DNA of 64,000 nt from Eledone cirrhosa (Eukaryota): positions 353,586,001-353,650,000 of the forward strand of contig OZ024742.1 of NCBI GenBank assembly GCA_964016885.1, in the 5' to 3' direction. Below are positions 61,655 to 64,000 of the stretch, one piece after another. Both the position numbers and the translations under genes were made by a program. Position 1 is the first letter of the stretch. Each line of letters starts with the position of its first letter. The notes below the pieces were generated by a model, which ran no database searches, was not told where the DNA came from, and saw only the letters and a list, made by a program, of their open reading frames with translations.

Positions 61655-62058
61655 AGATGACACCTTAGCCTTTGTCAAGGCAGAATTCTAGGAGAAGGAA
61701 AGCTCTCATATAACACCTGCAATCCTGATGGTATCCAATGATGTTGACTTGTTCCTCTTTTTGGTAAATATCATCTTGGTTAAGAGAGTGGGACTGGCTT
61801 TGTGCAGTGCCTTTGCTCACTAAAAATCTTCACGGCACAGACATTGGTTTATATCTGGAGATCTCGCTGCACTTGTCATCACGTGGTACCATGGGCCCAG
61901 CACTATGTGTCAATAATTGTCACAAGTGTAGTGTTTGTACCAGAGTTTTCAAGTCGCTGGCTAGACTAAAAAGTCACACTCGTTCAGCGCATCGGTAGGG
62001 GTTCTCCTACATGGATATAAAGTAGTGGCCGTACACGAAAATTAGTTGGCTGCCACCG
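61655..62058 (+). mobile_element. Short RTE-derived element (5' UTR-like part joined to C-terminal zinc finger)
   Basis: CTAGGAGAAGGAAA motif typical of RTE 5' UTRs, then [24 protein letters not shown]-stop. Confidence 0.55.
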
Positions 62059-62088
62059 TATATTTATGTATATATATATGTATGTATA

Positions 62089-62165
<77 letters not shown>

Positions 62166-62169
62166 ATGT

Positions 62170-62238
<69 letters not shown>

Positions 62239-62241
<3 letters not shown>

Positions 62242-62505
62242 CCGGTTGCGCATTTCTAAATGCTTTTCAAAAGTAATTTTGAGATAGAGTGTCCGTGTTG
62301 TTTTCTCTGATCAGAGCAAACAACACGGGCACTCCATCTCAAAATTATTTTTGTAAAGCATTTAGAAATGCGCAACCGGTAAAAACTTAAAAACTTAAAA
62401 CCACAACTGAATACTAACCCATACAATTACTAATACTCTTTTATTCCTAATTAAACCATTTTTCAACTGTGAACAATTTGCCAGCATTTTCTATTCCGTT
62501 TACCC
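62239..62505. mobile_element. Family G module with 5' palindrome and two HHR variants
   Basis: Palindrome 62239-62382 centred on TCTGATCAGA; HHR motifs at 62240-62273 (-) and 62348-62384 (+). Confidence 0.8.
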
Positions 62506-62574
62506 ATATATAATAACTTGTGTGTTACACCTCTATTCTTTTAACTATATATATATATATATATATATAACTTT

Positions 62575-64000
62575 GAGAGGTTTCGGCCAGTATTGGCCCT
62601 GGCAAGGTCTAACTTAATAGCACCACCTGGCGAGGTTTTACAGATCACCGTTTGGGTATCATGGCCCACTCGAGCAGAGTTCTTGTTTACGGAGGCTTAT
62701 CCGGGTGTAGGAGGCTTACCCGTGATTTATTGAAGGAATTTGTCCATAGACTTCTTGATGGGGTCTGTTTCTGTTTTGATGTCTTTGGGTGTAATGTTAA
62801 AGAGTGCAGGGCCAATTGAAGTGAAATAATTGTGCCGTATCGTTGTTATCAGATGCGAGTGAGATTTTTGTCGTGGCCGGATAGCACGGGGCCGAAGCCT
62901 TGGGGGTACATCAAACGTGATGCCAACATCATTTGGGCAAAGCTGATGGAGTATTTTCCAGATCATGCTGATAATGTAGCGCTCACGGTGACGTTGGAGA
63001 GAATAAAGGTTGAGCTTTACTAATCGACACCAATACTCAAGGACTGTCATGCCATCTATCATTTTTGTAATGGATATTTGGGGTGATTTAACTTTCATGA
63101 TACTTTGTTTCGTGTGGAGAGACCACAGTGGACAACATTATTCAAGATGGGGTCGGGCAAATGTGGAGAAGAGAAAAATAACAGTGTGTATATCTCTCGA
63201 CTGGAAACTTCTGAGAATCCAGGAACACATTGTGCGGGCCATGACAACTTTGCTTTTTATATAAGTGGCTCAGCTTATGTTGTTGTCCACACTTACTACC
63301 AGATCTCTGATGTTATTGGATGCCACTAGAGTTTCATGCGAAGGAATAGAGTATGATAGTTTCAGGCCATCAATTTTTCTAAAGTGGATTAATTTAAACT
63401 CATTCTCATTCAACATCATTTTATTATTTTCTGCCCATTGGATAACAGCCAGTAGGTCTGATTAAAGGCAAGTCCCGTCACCCCCCTTATTGATGAACCT
63501 TTGGAGCTTGGAATCATCTTCGAGCATTATGATGTTCCTGTGCTTGATGATGTCAGTAATGTTATTAATGTCGATGCTGAACAGAAGTGGGCCCAATACA
63601 GTTCGTTGTGGGACGACACAGCTGACTTTAGCAGGGCTTCATTTTACTCCTTCGACTAGAACATGTTGGTTTCTGTATGTCAGGAAACATTTGATCCACT
63701 GCAGTAACTTTCCAGAGACACCAATATTGGATAGTTCTTTCAATAGTATATTTTGATCAACCCTGTCAAAGACCTTGTTGAAATCAAGTTAGATGACATC
63801 AGTGTTGGAGCCCACTCACAAGGCTCTCAAAACATCGTCAAAGTGATGCAGGAGCTGCGTTAGGAAGTCCCTTCCATTACGGAACCCATGTTGATTGCAG
63901 TTCAGCAGGCTTCTGCTTTCAAGAAAGTGGGTTATTTGTGACCTCACCACCCTCTCAAATACCTTGATAATATGGTGAGTGAGATCGGACGGTAGTTCTC
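62575..64000 (-). mobile_element. CR1-group LINE, RT and 3' end, degenerate, runs off the window
   Basis: NYRPISL, NQHGFR, LDFNKVFDRVD, VPQRTVLGPLLF, EDDSKL, RPHLE..CPLWS, LYSLQRHRERY. Confidence 0.88.

Noticed and set aside
61807-61998. Host C2H2 zinc-finger gene exon
   Set aside because: A single terminal finger in an RTE-like context, similar to the remnant at 19.7 kb.

Overview
Eukaryotic, AT-rich, repeat-saturated DNA. I cannot support any host exon, rRNA, true tRNA or CRISPR array. The SINE family and the dense (TA)n tracts resemble an octopod cephalopod genome (inference). The window holds: (i) Penelope-like elements (PLEs): two near-full-length but disrupted Naiad-type copies, an inverted partial copy, a second 5'-truncated Naiad-type family, a third Naiad-type N-terminal fragment and a different GIY-YIG PLE; (ii) a near-full-length disrupted L1/Tx1 LINE and an RT-less relative; (iii) RTE-group, CR1 and CRE-like fragments; (iv) about a dozen tRNA-derived SINE copies. 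The most striking signal is more than 20 type I hammerhead ribozyme (HHR) motifs from roughly ten sequence families. Nearly all sit in PLE pseudo-LTRs or short non-coding modules anchored in (TA)n tracts, often as palindromes. Five families carry a U3-A8 core instead of C3-G8, and one also has GCAA in place of GAAA. All alignments and folds were done by eye, so boundaries are approximate.
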